A DNA stretch of 64,000 bases from a virus: positions 32,001 to 96,000 of the IMG/VR virus record IMGVR_UViG_3300032087_005453; one strand, written 5' to 3'. This document shows, piece after piece, positions 27,331 through 37,500 of the stretch (the stretch's first letter is position 1; the number at the start of each line of letters is the position of its first letter). Under the pieces are notes generated by a model. That model saw only the letters and a program-made list of their open reading frames with translations. It was not told where the DNA came from and ran no database searches. Position numbers and translations under genes: made by a program.

Positions 27331-29103
27331 TTAGAATGAATTGATGAGAGTAGTATCTTCACCACACCATTCACAAGTTTTAAAACCTTGAGTTTGTATT
27401 TTCATACTACATGTTTGTAATAGTCCAGCATCACATTCCACATGTGTAACAAATTGTTGTGATTTAAATTCAGCTTGTAAAATCCAATGTATTGGTAAGG
27501 ATTCTGTTTGTACCGTAGCATCGTTAGGATATACATCTACTGAACATGATGCATTGTTTGGAAATCCAGCAGATGGGGTAAGTGTTCCACCAGTTATTTC
27601 ACCCCCAACAACTGTTAAGGCAATATCAGTACATATGTTACATCCACCAACTGGAACAGCAAAGGCACCAAAAGTATACCCAGTTCCACCATCTACAACG
27701 TTAATACTAGCATTGCCACTGGCGTCAGTAGTTAATGTAACAACGCCATCTTGTCCAGTACCTCCAGTAAAACTACCAGTATTGATCTTCTTCTTTCTTC
27801 CGGTATTGACTGTAAAGGCTAGATCTCCAACATCCAAATTTTGCCTTAATGGGTTTTCGATGAGAATCTTTTTGTTTTCTATAATTGTTCCGCTGCTCTC
27901 GTGTCTAGGAAAAGTTCCCGAAGGACATGGGTTAGAAACATGTCCACAGTCATGACAGTCTTCTGACCAACTATTATAATAGTCCCCGGCACCAACAGCA
28001 TCTCTAGTATCTCTAATCACAAATGCTTCGTAATAAGGAAACTCTAGTCCAGCAAAATCTAATTGTTCATATACGCCAGTATTGTCTGGATTTCCAGTAT
28101 AAGCAACATATTCCGCATCATAGATTGGATCATCAGCGACAAATGTTCTTTGTACACTTGGTGAATTTCTTGAGAATTGAGATCTGTTATAACTTCTATC
28201 TACTTCATATGAAAAGTTTGGAGGATTGTATGTATTTGTGACCTTGACGAGTGAAATAATTGTTGTATTACCACCAGTCCAAACACCTCTTGCTTCATCC
28301 CATCTTAAATCAACTGGGCCAGATTTCCATACGGCAGGGTTCCACATAGCTTCTGGATGAATGTTGGATATTCCATTGATAGTAGCATCACCAGTTGGAA
28401 CCGGATCTCCATCCGTATTGTATCCCCAACCAGTCATCACAAGCGGTGCTCTTAACCCAACACCTCTAATGCCAGAAATTTCTGCTGTGTGTCTAGCAAA
28501 GTGATCTCTTTCGAAAGAATATGAAACCGGAGCACCTTTACCAGATGGATAAATACCTGTAACTTCTGGATCGTAAGGATTGTGATTCAAAGCAAACGAT
28601 ATGCTGTGACCACCACTTGTCCAAGGATCATCTTCAACAAAATCCGAAGTACCTGACACATCTATATAGGTTGTCAGATTATCGAATGGGTTAAATGGAT
28701 TTAAAGTTTTGCTATTAGGATCAGAAGTGTTTGTAGGATTTGTCCAAGTTGGCAAGAATGGACCCGCTCGACCAGAATCAGAATGTGTAGAGTATGGTGC
28801 AAAGATACCATCCAGACCTATTGCACCCATACTGTTCCAGGGGTGAAAATCAGAATTATTGCCAGTAACATCTATAAAATCCCTTGAACTTTCCAAGAAG
28901 GAATCGTGATCAAGAATACCAATTGATACAGACGGAATAGCACTATACACTCCGGACATAATTGGAGAATCGACGCCGGTTCCAATAATTGTACCCGTAG
29001 CCTCAATATTTCCTTGTGCCCGAAGCGTAGTAGCGATTTCACCAACAATTAGAGAATTATTTCTTCTAATATTGTTATAATCAGGTTCTTTATTTGTAGG
29101 CAT
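27331..29103 (-). CDS. Putative tail-tip protein (590 aa)
   Basis: Synteny; GLRAPLVMTGWGY..WKSGPVDLRWDE..GVW segment; a GGTGYT beta motif. Confidence 0.65.
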   Translation of the reverse strand: MPTNKEPDYNNIRRNNSLIVGEIATTLRAQGNIEATGTIIGTGVDSPIMSGVYSAIPSVSIGILDHDSFLESSRDFIDVTGNNSDFHPWNSMGAIGLDGIFAPYSTHSDSGRAGPFLPTWTNPTNTSDPNSKTLNPFNPFDNLTTYIDVSGTSDFVEDDPWTSGGHSISFALNHNPYDPEVTGIYPSGKGAPVSYSFERDHFARHTAEISGIRGVGLRAPLVMTGWGYNTDGDPVPTGDATINGISNIHPEAMWNPAVWKSGPVDLRWDEARGVWTGGNTTIISLVKVTNTYNPPNFSYEVDRSYNRSQFSRNSPSVQRTFVADDPIYDAEYVAYTGNPDNTGVYEQLDFAGLEFPYYEAFVIRDTRDAVGAGDYYNSWSEDCHDCGHVSNPCPSGTFPRHESSGTIIENKKILIENPLRQNLDVGDLAFTVNTGRKKKINTGSFTGGTGQDGVVTLTTDASGNASINVVDGGTGYTFGAFAVPVGGCNICTDIALTVVGGEITGGTLTPSAGFPNNASCSVDVYPNDATVQTESLPIHWILQAEFKSQQFVTHVECDAGLLQTCSMKIQTQGFKTCEWCGEDTTLINSF

Positions 29104-29110
29104 AATGTCC

Positions 29111-32100
29111 TTACCTAAATTTAATTTTCTTGATCTTATTAGATATTTTAGACAAAGTTTTTTCTATATCTCTATTATTTTTATTAAATCTAGGAGAAAT
29201 AGTTTTAAAACTGTAAGACGTATCTATGTTTGAATTGCTAACATTGACACTGATATCAGTAACTTGAGGTAAACCATAAAGAGAGTCGCCAATCCTCTTT
29301 ATGGCAGGTGCTCCAGGTATTTTTATACTTCCTTCTTCTACAGCAAATAAAGTGAAGTCATCTATTGCGTTTGCTCTACCCTGTGCAGCTAGATTTAAAC
29401 CTTCTAGTCCACTTGTTTGTGATAGCGTGAAATCTCCAAATTGGCCAAAGTTTGTTGGAATTAGGAAGTTTTCTGGCACCAAAGAATCATCCTGCTCGTA
29501 TTCAATTTTGCCCCTAAATGCAACAGCATCTACGGCGGTAATCCAAGGTCCATAAACATGTCTATTGGATATTTGTGCATAACTTATAGATTTTGGAGTT
29601 ATTGCTATTGGGGTAGGATATAAATTTGTACTAATTTTATTTTCATTAATTCGAGGTTGCTGTGTAAGTCCTGAACCTGGACCACTTACCGGACCTTTTG
29701 ATGTAGTCATATGGGAGGAGCTAAGTATACCCTTTAAATCTTCCTTTCCTATAATTCCAGTATCCTTTACGGGCGGTAAAAATACTTTTCCTGTTGAGCA
29801 TTTAACATATGCAAATTGAAACCTACCATTGTCTTCATAATCGAGACTATATAGACCACTTATTGTAGTCTCTAAATGTCCAGTGGCTGTGTGTATTGGT
29901 AATAACAATGGGTTTTTGAGTCCTGGCTTTGGACTTCCAAAACCATCAAGAAATGATTCGCTATAATTATATACACCAATTCCTCTTGGTATGCCACTTG
30001 TTTCAACTTGGGTTGGTCTTTCTTCAAATCCAGGACTTATATTTTGTGTGGGTAATTTTGGCACTCCGCTAGCATCCCACTCAAAAATAGGAAATCCAGC
30101 AGTTCCGCTTTCCCAAGTGATTTGATTTTCATATTGACCAACGGTTATAGGGCCTAACTGCTCGCTTTTATAGGCTTGACCGGAATTGGCAGCATAATAT
30201 GTAGGAATCCCGCTTTCATAATAATAAAAAGGTAGTAAAGTTCTATCGTAATAATAATCATAAGCATACGGAAGAAAAGAATACTCATTTCCTATAGATT
30301 GAGGTGCTGCATGAATAATAGAAACACCAGAGTATTGCGTAGTACACAATTGATCTAAAGAATATTCTGAAAAGTTAAACACCTCTTTGGTCTTATTATC
30401 TATAAGGCTGTTTAATTGTTGGATATAAGCCTCATCATATGTTCCGCTATTTGCATTACCTGTATCAAAAACAAAATTAAAATCATAGTTAACAAATGGT
30501 GATACTGTGCCTCCATTTATAAACTGATTAGATTGCGGAATTTTTCTCGGATAATAACTCGAAGGTTCAACATAAGCAGAATCAACTAATTCCCAAGAAC
30601 GCTCAAAGTTTCCAACAAGATTATTCCCATCTAAATCTTCTTTGGTTTTAAAGTAAGGAACTGGAAGATACCAGCTTTTACCATAATGAGTATCTCCAAT
30701 CGCTTTTATTTTTTCGTGAATTTTAGGAAGCAAATCTCTAACCATATTGCTTTCTGCTACGCCACAACTTAAAAGAGTTTCTGAACCATCTTCACCTGGT
30801 TCTGATACTGGCGATCCATCAGCATTTTTGCTAGGTATTTGGTCATATGGTCCAATTTGCTGTTGTGAGTGCGTAAAATATCCCAACTGAGATATACATT
30901 CCCCAAATGCTGAACCACCAGCAGAATTATACTTACCAGCAGCTCGCTTTCTTTTATTTTGTAATTCACTTGTTTGTTCCACCTCCGCACCTGGTGATGT
31001 GTTTAATTTAGTATCAAATACTTCGTAACAGTCAGGATAATAGTATTCTCTTAATAAATCTAATTTAGCATATTTATAGGCTTTCATAAACTCCAGCCAT
31101 TTATCAAATGCATTTGCATTAGTTGACCCTATAGCTATTCTTATTTCATACATAGATGCGGCATATACACCTCTATGAAAAACCCCTTGCACGTTTATAT
31201 CCCCAACAATATCTTTCATATCTATAAAAATGAAATCATCCATGTCAGAGGGGTCTAATTGAGTTGTAACTACTGGAACTTTTCTTAAAGAAGTTTGTTG
31301 TATCCCAAGAGGATCAGTTTCAGTATCGATAGTTGTTGGGTCTATAGCATTCGGCAGTATGATATCCCCCCAGTAACACTTTAAGTGTTTTTTGGGGACT
31401 GTAACTAGCCTACTTTGTTTACCACCGGTAATAACCTTCATTATTGTAAGATCATTTAGTTTGATGGATATATCAGAACTAGCAATTTTTAAATCATCCA
31501 GTTTGTCGGAATCCCAATACTCTGTAGCTACTGGAAATTTTCCACCATTGGCGATGGATTGAGTTCCCACATCTGTAAATCCCTCATTGGCAAAATCCAA
31601 TCCTTTAGAATCTAATGGATCTGAATATATACCGCTGAGTTCGGGTGTTGCTAATCCATAATCGGAATTACTGATGGGGCGTTTACCTGGGTGAATACCA
31701 GTATCATCTACGCCAGTCCAATATACATCTTTTAAATCTGGAACTTCTAAACCTATTAAGCTATAGGCAATATTGCTAAAAGGTTTATATTGATTTATAA
31801 ATGAGTTCTTGTCAACAGTCTGAATTCTAATTGTTCCACCATATTTTCCACCGGTGGTGCTAAATTTATTAGTGTTTAATCCAGTCCAGTTACAAATGGC
31901 AGGTTGGGTCCAATTAGGGTCATCCTCTTGTAATGTTGGGTCTCCGATACTTGTATCAGTATATAAATCGATATAGCAATAGTATTCTAGATTAGCCTCG
32001 CCACATATATCTGCAATTATTTCATTCAAGCTCTTTGATGATCCACCAACTCTATATTGCGGACCCAACCTATCCTTTACTTGATTATAAAAACCAAGAG

Positions 32101-32887
32101 CGTCAAAGTGATAATAATAAGGTATAGCTTCATCATCTCTATTGATATTGTAATTATGTCTACCAAAAAGAAGATTACCACCCTGAGTTTGTTGTCTTTG
32201 ACTATCGCTAATAACTGGCAGGTGATTTATACCTACATGCAAAGCATACATTAATTTAATTAAAGGTATTCCATCTTCACTTCTGCCGGAAAAACCATAA
32301 TCCCCGTACAATACTGGATCACCAAAGATATTATATTGAAAAGGAACTCTATATAGAGGATCTTCATTTTCCAATAATCCAAAAGTATTGATAAGGTTTG
32401 AAACATTCCACCAACCACTTGCACTTGGTGTATTATCAGTAAGGATATTAGAATTTCTACTGCCAAATTCATAAATACCAGTTCCGCTAAAATCTGACAA
32501 TCCTTCAATGGAGCCTCCAAAACCTAAAAATCCATCTAATATAACTTGCGTTGCAGAAAGAATAGTCAAAGGACTTGTGAGCTGTACAGAATATGTTTTA
32601 GAGGTGCTTGATGACCTACTAAAGGAATCAACCAATCCAATGTACTGAAACAGAACATTATCGCTGGTATCCTTTAGTTCAAACAAATGGGGTGATCCAA
32701 GAACTGGTATAACCAGCCTGTCACCATCAGCTTCATCTTCTATGATTTTAAAACTGAGGCTACCAGCTTGTGATGACCAATCAGCAGATACACTAAAATC
32801 TATAACGGTACAACCAAAAGCCTTAATAACGGCCAAATCTGGTTGTGCTCCGTCTGTAGAAGTTCCAAAAGGTTGTATGTCAGACAT
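29111..32887 (-). CDS. Putative tail hub / central tail-tip protein (1258 aa)
   Basis: Second gene after the tape measure; size and position typical of hub proteins. Confidence 0.6.
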   Translation of the reverse strand: MSDIQPFGTSTDGAQPDLAVIKAFGCTVIDFSVSADWSSQAGSLSFKIIEDEADGDRLVIPVLGSPHLFELKDTSDNVLFQYIGLVDSFSRSSSTSKTYSVQLTSPLTILSATQVILDGFLGFGGSIEGLSDFSGTGIYEFGSRNSNILTDNTPSASGWWNVSNLINTFGLLENEDPLYRVPFQYNIFGDPVLYGDYGFSGRSEDGIPLIKLMYALHVGINHLPVISDSQRQQTQGGNLLFGRHNYNINRDDEAIPYYYHFDALGFYNQVKDRLGPQYRVGGSSKSLNEIIADICGEANLEYYCYIDLYTDTSIGDPTLQEDDPNWTQPAICNWTGLNTNKFSTTGGKYGGTIRIQTVDKNSFINQYKPFSNIAYSLIGLEVPDLKDVYWTGVDDTGIHPGKRPISNSDYGLATPELSGIYSDPLDSKGLDFANEGFTDVGTQSIANGGKFPVATEYWDSDKLDDLKIASSDISIKLNDLTIMKVITGGKQSRLVTVPKKHLKCYWGDIILPNAIDPTTIDTETDPLGIQQTSLRKVPVVTTQLDPSDMDDFIFIDMKDIVGDINVQGVFHRGVYAASMYEIRIAIGSTNANAFDKWLEFMKAYKYAKLDLLREYYYPDCYEVFDTKLNTSPGAEVEQTSELQNKRKRAAGKYNSAGGSAFGECISQLGYFTHSQQQIGPYDQIPSKNADGSPVSEPGEDGSETLLSCGVAESNMVRDLLPKIHEKIKAIGDTHYGKSWYLPVPYFKTKEDLDGNNLVGNFERSWELVDSAYVEPSSYYPRKIPQSNQFINGGTVSPFVNYDFNFVFDTGNANSGTYDEAYIQQLNSLIDNKTKEVFNFSEYSLDQLCTTQYSGVSIIHAAPQSIGNEYSFLPYAYDYYYDRTLLPFYYYESGIPTYYAANSGQAYKSEQLGPITVGQYENQITWESGTAGFPIFEWDASGVPKLPTQNISPGFEERPTQVETSGIPRGIGVYNYSESFLDGFGSPKPGLKNPLLLPIHTATGHLETTISGLYSLDYEDNGRFQFAYVKCSTGKVFLPPVKDTGIIGKEDLKGILSSSHMTTSKGPVSGPGSGLTQQPRINENKISTNLYPTPIAITPKSISYAQISNRHVYGPWITAVDAVAFRGKIEYEQDDSLVPENFLIPTNFGQFGDFTLSQTSGLEGLNLAAQGRANAIDDFTLFAVEEGSIKIPGAPAIKRIGDSLYGLPQVTDISVNVSNSNIDTSYSFKTISPRFNKNNRDIEKTLSKISNKIKKIKFR

Positions 32888-34572
32888 TAATCAGCCCTCT
32901 CATAGGTCCATTCAACATTGTAAGAATAAGATCTTGATCTTGCATCCCAATCCTCAGTTGGTGCTGAGTGGAAACATTTCCCATTTACTACACTAAAGTT
33001 AGGATCATTAACTGGATTTGCAGCTTGGTAAATCAAGTTGAATTCACCGCTATTTGTTATACTTGGTTTTTGAGTTATAAACAAACTTTGTATTGTAGAT
33101 TCTGCTAGTCCAGAACTTAACGTTCCGCTAGTATTAACATCGGTTCCAATAGTTGTATTCCACGTAGGAGTCTGAGTACCCATAGTCACATTGATAGAAA
33201 GGCTTCTTTTGTACTCACTTCGAGAATTTAAGTACTGAAGAATTGGTTGACTTCTACCAATAACTGGAGTAACAGAAAATATTTCACCCGGATATGTATC
33301 GTTTATTGTGATTGTTTCCGAAACACTACCCGGAATAATGTTTGGTGGACGATCATCAAAAGTAAAGCTGTAGTTGATAGATCCACCAGCAAAATCTCTT
33401 GCTACAGATTGAGATAATGGTTTTGGGTGTAACCATCCACCAGAAGCAAGAACTGCTTGGGCATAATAATATGCGTCTGGCGGAACCCCTGTTGAAATAG
33501 ATTCCCAATACGTCTCAGCATTATTAAAAGCATTTCCGCTAGAAGCAAAACCATCAATAGTGTTTAACCCATTGATAGTGCCATTGACTGTTATACTGTT
33601 GATTTCTGCTTCTGCTAAACTTTTATCAACATTTATTGTTTCGATAACTGGACTAACACCGCTATAAGCAATGTATACTTCTGTTAAACCATAAGAACCA
33701 GCTTCTGCATCAACATTTTCATTGTATACGGTATTTGCTATATTGTATCCATCACCAAGTAAATTAGAAAATGTAGTTCTGATGTCAGGTAATTGACCAG
33801 ACCCCAAACCAAGATATTCATAAATGTATCCGCTGGCTTGTTGCCAAGGAGCAAGGCCACTAACATAATCTCCGTTTTCATCATAAACTGGAGACCCAAC
33901 AGCATTGATGGATCTGTTGATGGTATAAACTTTATTGTTTTTGGTGAAGTTATAATTATTGTCAAAAGTTAATGTTTGCTGTCCTTCTTCAGAAACATCA
34001 AAGGTCTCAGACAAACTGGTTATATTGTATGTACTTTGAGTTTCATTTTGATAGGCACTAAACTCTCCAGAATTAGCACTTGACAAAAATGTAGCATTTC
34101 TTAAATTGACGGTATAACTATTAGGTGATGCCCAATTACCGTCAGCATCGAAAGAAACATCGTCAACAAAAGCCATAAAGGAAAGGCCAGATCCTTCAAG
34201 ACCAGTATCCCACCCTTGAATACTCACTTTTATTGGTTGTGCTACTCCGTTTACTACAGGGTTGGTAAACAAAGATCGAATCTTCTCTTGTTTCTTTATC
34301 GTAGCATCTAATCGGTCATTATTGCCAACTGCTGTAATTTCAGCAGATTCAACTTCTGGTGTTGTTGTCCAAGTTTCAGTGCTTAGATCTACAGTACCAC
34401 CACTATAATATGGATTACCGTGCGTTTGAATTAATGTTCCTTGCAACGAAGCGGTAAAATCGGCACCAAATCCGGGCCTACCAATATTATTATAGTTCTG
34501 CTTATTAAATGACACCAGCGGGGCCGGAACCAGATAATAATCTACTGAGTCTTTTGTTATTATAATTGGCAT
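32887..34572 (-). CDS. Putative distal tail protein (561 aa)
   Basis: First gene after the tape measure; beta-rich. Confidence 0.6.
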   Translation of the reverse strand: MPIIITKDSVDYYLVPAPLVSFNKQNYNNIGRPGFGADFTASLQGTLIQTHGNPYYSGGTVDLSTETWTTTPEVESAEITAVGNNDRLDATIKKQEKIRSLFTNPVVNGVAQPIKVSIQGWDTGLEGSGLSFMAFVDDVSFDADGNWASPNSYTVNLRNATFLSSANSGEFSAYQNETQSTYNITSLSETFDVSEEGQQTLTFDNNYNFTKNNKVYTINRSINAVGSPVYDENGDYVSGLAPWQQASGYIYEYLGLGSGQLPDIRTTFSNLLGDGYNIANTVYNENVDAEAGSYGLTEVYIAYSGVSPVIETINVDKSLAEAEINSITVNGTINGLNTIDGFASSGNAFNNAETYWESISTGVPPDAYYYAQAVLASGGWLHPKPLSQSVARDFAGGSINYSFTFDDRPPNIIPGSVSETITINDTYPGEIFSVTPVIGRSQPILQYLNSRSEYKRSLSINVTMGTQTPTWNTTIGTDVNTSGTLSSGLAESTIQSLFITQKPSITNSGEFNLIYQAANPVNDPNFSVVNGKCFHSAPTEDWDARSRSYSYNVEWTYERAD

Positions 34573-34581
34573 AATAAAACC

Positions 34582-37500
34582 TTATGGTGTTGGTTGAGGA
34601 GGAAGATTACCAGCCGCATTATCAAAAGCGTTGGCTTGATCGTCTGGTGTATTACTGTCTCTAAAGGCCCTAGCTAATTCTGTAAATCTTTGTGATATTG
34701 TTGTGTAAACTTGTGATACAACGGCGTTTAATACTGTTCCATTGAGGTTGACATTAACTTGTGTTGTTCCTGTGATTTCAACTTTCTGTGGAGGTCCAGG
34801 AACCGGAACTTGTACTCCTGCCGCTCCCGCTCCAGCAGCAGGTATACCAGTAGGTGCTCCACCTCGTACTGGTGCTGGCCCCGCCCCAGCGGGTACGCCA
34901 CCAGCGGGTACGCCACCAGCGGGTACGCCACCAGCGGGTACGCCACCAGCCGGTACGCCACCAGCCGGTACGCCACCAGCGGGTACACCACCGGGGAGTC
35001 CTGCTGCTGCTGGCTTTTGTAGGCCCGACTTTAGGGTTTCAACTTCACCCTCAAGTTTATTTCTAAGTTCAAGAAGTTTGCGAACCGCTTTTCCTTGTTT
35101 TTCAAGACGATCAGCTTCCTCGTTTTTACCCCTTTTCTTAAGATCTATAACCTGCAATTTTCTCACTGCCTCGTCACCACGAATCGTTGCCCGTTCGTCG
35201 CCGGGCCTTGCAAACACCCTCGTGTCTCTTATTTTATCTTGGACTCGATCCAACTCGGCCCTTTTTTGAGCCAACTGTATTTCTTGAGACTCACGTTTCT
35301 TTTTGTCTTCTTCTGATAAAGCAAAAGCATCAACGGCGGCGGCAAAAGTATTCGCAGCAGCTTGTTGTGTTTTAATAGCATTTAGAGTAGCCGCCTCCTG
35401 TCTATCGAAACTAGCTTCAGCCTTTTTGCGTTCTGCTTCAAATGCTTCACCGAGTCTTTGCTCTACGGGTTTGCCTTGTTGCTCAATAGCCTTGACAAAG
35501 GACTCTCTTTCATCAGCACCAATCAAACCTTTTCTAATTGCTTCGTCCGCAGCAAATTCTCCTTTTACTCTAGCCGCAGTTTTCCCGCCTAGTGTATCAA
35601 GAGCTAAATTTTGAGGTAATCTATCCAAGAACGACTTAACGGCACCTCTATCTTCAGAGGCAATATTTTGTATGCCGCCCTGTTGAATAGCCTGTGCTGT
35701 AAGTGCGGCAGATCTGCCAAGATCACGTCTTTGCTCATCGGTTCCAAATGCAAACTCTTCAACCAATCCACCTTTGAAATCTTCCAACGCGGCTATTGAT
35801 TCCATTCGTGCCTTGATTTCTTGTCTAGCTGCTTCTTCTTGAGCTTTTGTACTAGAAACAAGAATGTCTTGTGCTTGTGTTAGCTTTTTCGATCTATCTT
35901 GTGCTTCGGTAAGAGCTGCACTTAATCGTTTGATTTCTTCTTCATCACCACTAAATGCTGCTTGTTCAAGACCAGTCTTGATGCCTACAATAGCACTACT
36001 GGTTGCTAGTAACTCTTGATTAACCTGCTGAAGATTTGTAGGTGCTCCCTGTCCTGAACCAACCAAAGCCTGTACTCTCCTAGCATCTCTAGCCGACCGT
36101 CCAGCTTGCTGATCCGCAGTGCTGGTGCCCAAGAAAGATGCCCTTTGTTGAGCTATTTGTTCTTCAGTGTCGATAGCCTTAAGGGTGAGTTTTATTCTTT
36201 GTTCTTCAATCTTGAGTCGTTGCTGTTGTAGCTTCTGTGCCTGTTTAAGATCCTTCTCTAAGTCTTCACTTATAAATTCACCAAATATATCCAAGGCGTT
36301 AATAGCTTCACCCGCTGACAACCTAAGTAGTTGAAATTCAGAATTAGTAGCATCGAAATTTTTCTTTTGTACCCTCACGGTATTAGCCAGGCTTGATGTG
36401 TCGTTTCTAAGATCTTCCAAAGCCGCTTTAGCACCCCTAGATTTTAAAGTGGACTCAAGAGCTTTAAATGCTCTGTTTAGGTTTTTTGACGACCGTAACA
36501 CTTCCTCGCGACTACCCCCTCCTATAGATTTAGCTTGTGCTTCAAATTGACTTATAAAAGCACTGAAGTTACGAAGATTTTCTGTCTCTAAATCCTTTTT
36601 CTCAAAAGACGCTCTTGCTCGTCTGCCTGAAAACCTTGGATCAATGCCGCTTCTTTCTAATGCTGCTTTTTCTTTTCTTATTTCGAGATCGAGCTTGGCG
36701 GCTTCTTTTTCTGCTGAAGAAGCAACAATAGATTGCTGTTCCGACGTTGATGCTCCACGGCTTCTTGCTCTTTCAAGTTGTCGAGATGTAGATTTATTTA
36801 AGTTTCGTGTCCATACTTCAAGAGCTTTATTAGCTGCTTCAATTCTTGCCTTTCTGGCTTCTTCTTTGGAGTTGGTTATTCCAAGCAAATCGGTTAGGAA
36901 TTGAAACCCTTTAACAACGCCTGGTATAAAGGTAAGAAGTTTTCCAAATGCTGAACCGATGGCGGCTCCGACAGGTCCAAAAATTCCACCGATAGCAGTT
37001 CCCAAGCCGCTAAGAGCAGCCGCAGCTTGAACTTGACTTGCCGCCTGTGCTCTCTTACTAGCTGCCTCTTCAGCCTTGGCTGATGCCTCTTGTACATCTC
37101 CAGCCTGCACGGCTTTGTCTGCAAGCTTATCCGCTGCTTGAGCGGCAGCATTTAGACTAGCTGAAAAAGCAGCCACGGCAACACTTGCAAGAGCATCGGC
37201 ACCTTGTGCTATTTGTTGCCCACTAGCTTTTAGTTTACCAAGTTTGCCACGTTTTAGTTCTTCAGTTCGTTCTTTTTCAGCTTTAATTTGTTTTTTTAAA
37301 CTGTCATTATGTTCTTGTTCGGACTTTGTGGTTGCCTCTAAAAGATTAACGTATTTTCCTACGGCGGTCGCTTGAGCAACAACATCGCCTTTAAATTTAG
37401 CCTGTACCTTATTCAAGGCATCAAGTTCTTTTGAGCCTCTTCCGTATTTTTGTGTGGCAAAGCCAATTTCATTAGCTAGTTTAAGCTGTGCTTTTTTAAT

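Noticed and set aside
27331-32887. Readthrough or frameshift fusion of the 1258-aa and 590-aa genes
   Set aside because: A TAA stop is followed by a 7-nt gap with an RBS-like AAGGA and an out-of-frame ATG, consistent with two genes.
34728-35269. Repetitive alternative-frame ORFs (VAYPL, GTPPA, GYATS, RVRHQ)
   Set aside because: They result from the 15-bp repeat inside the tape measure gene.
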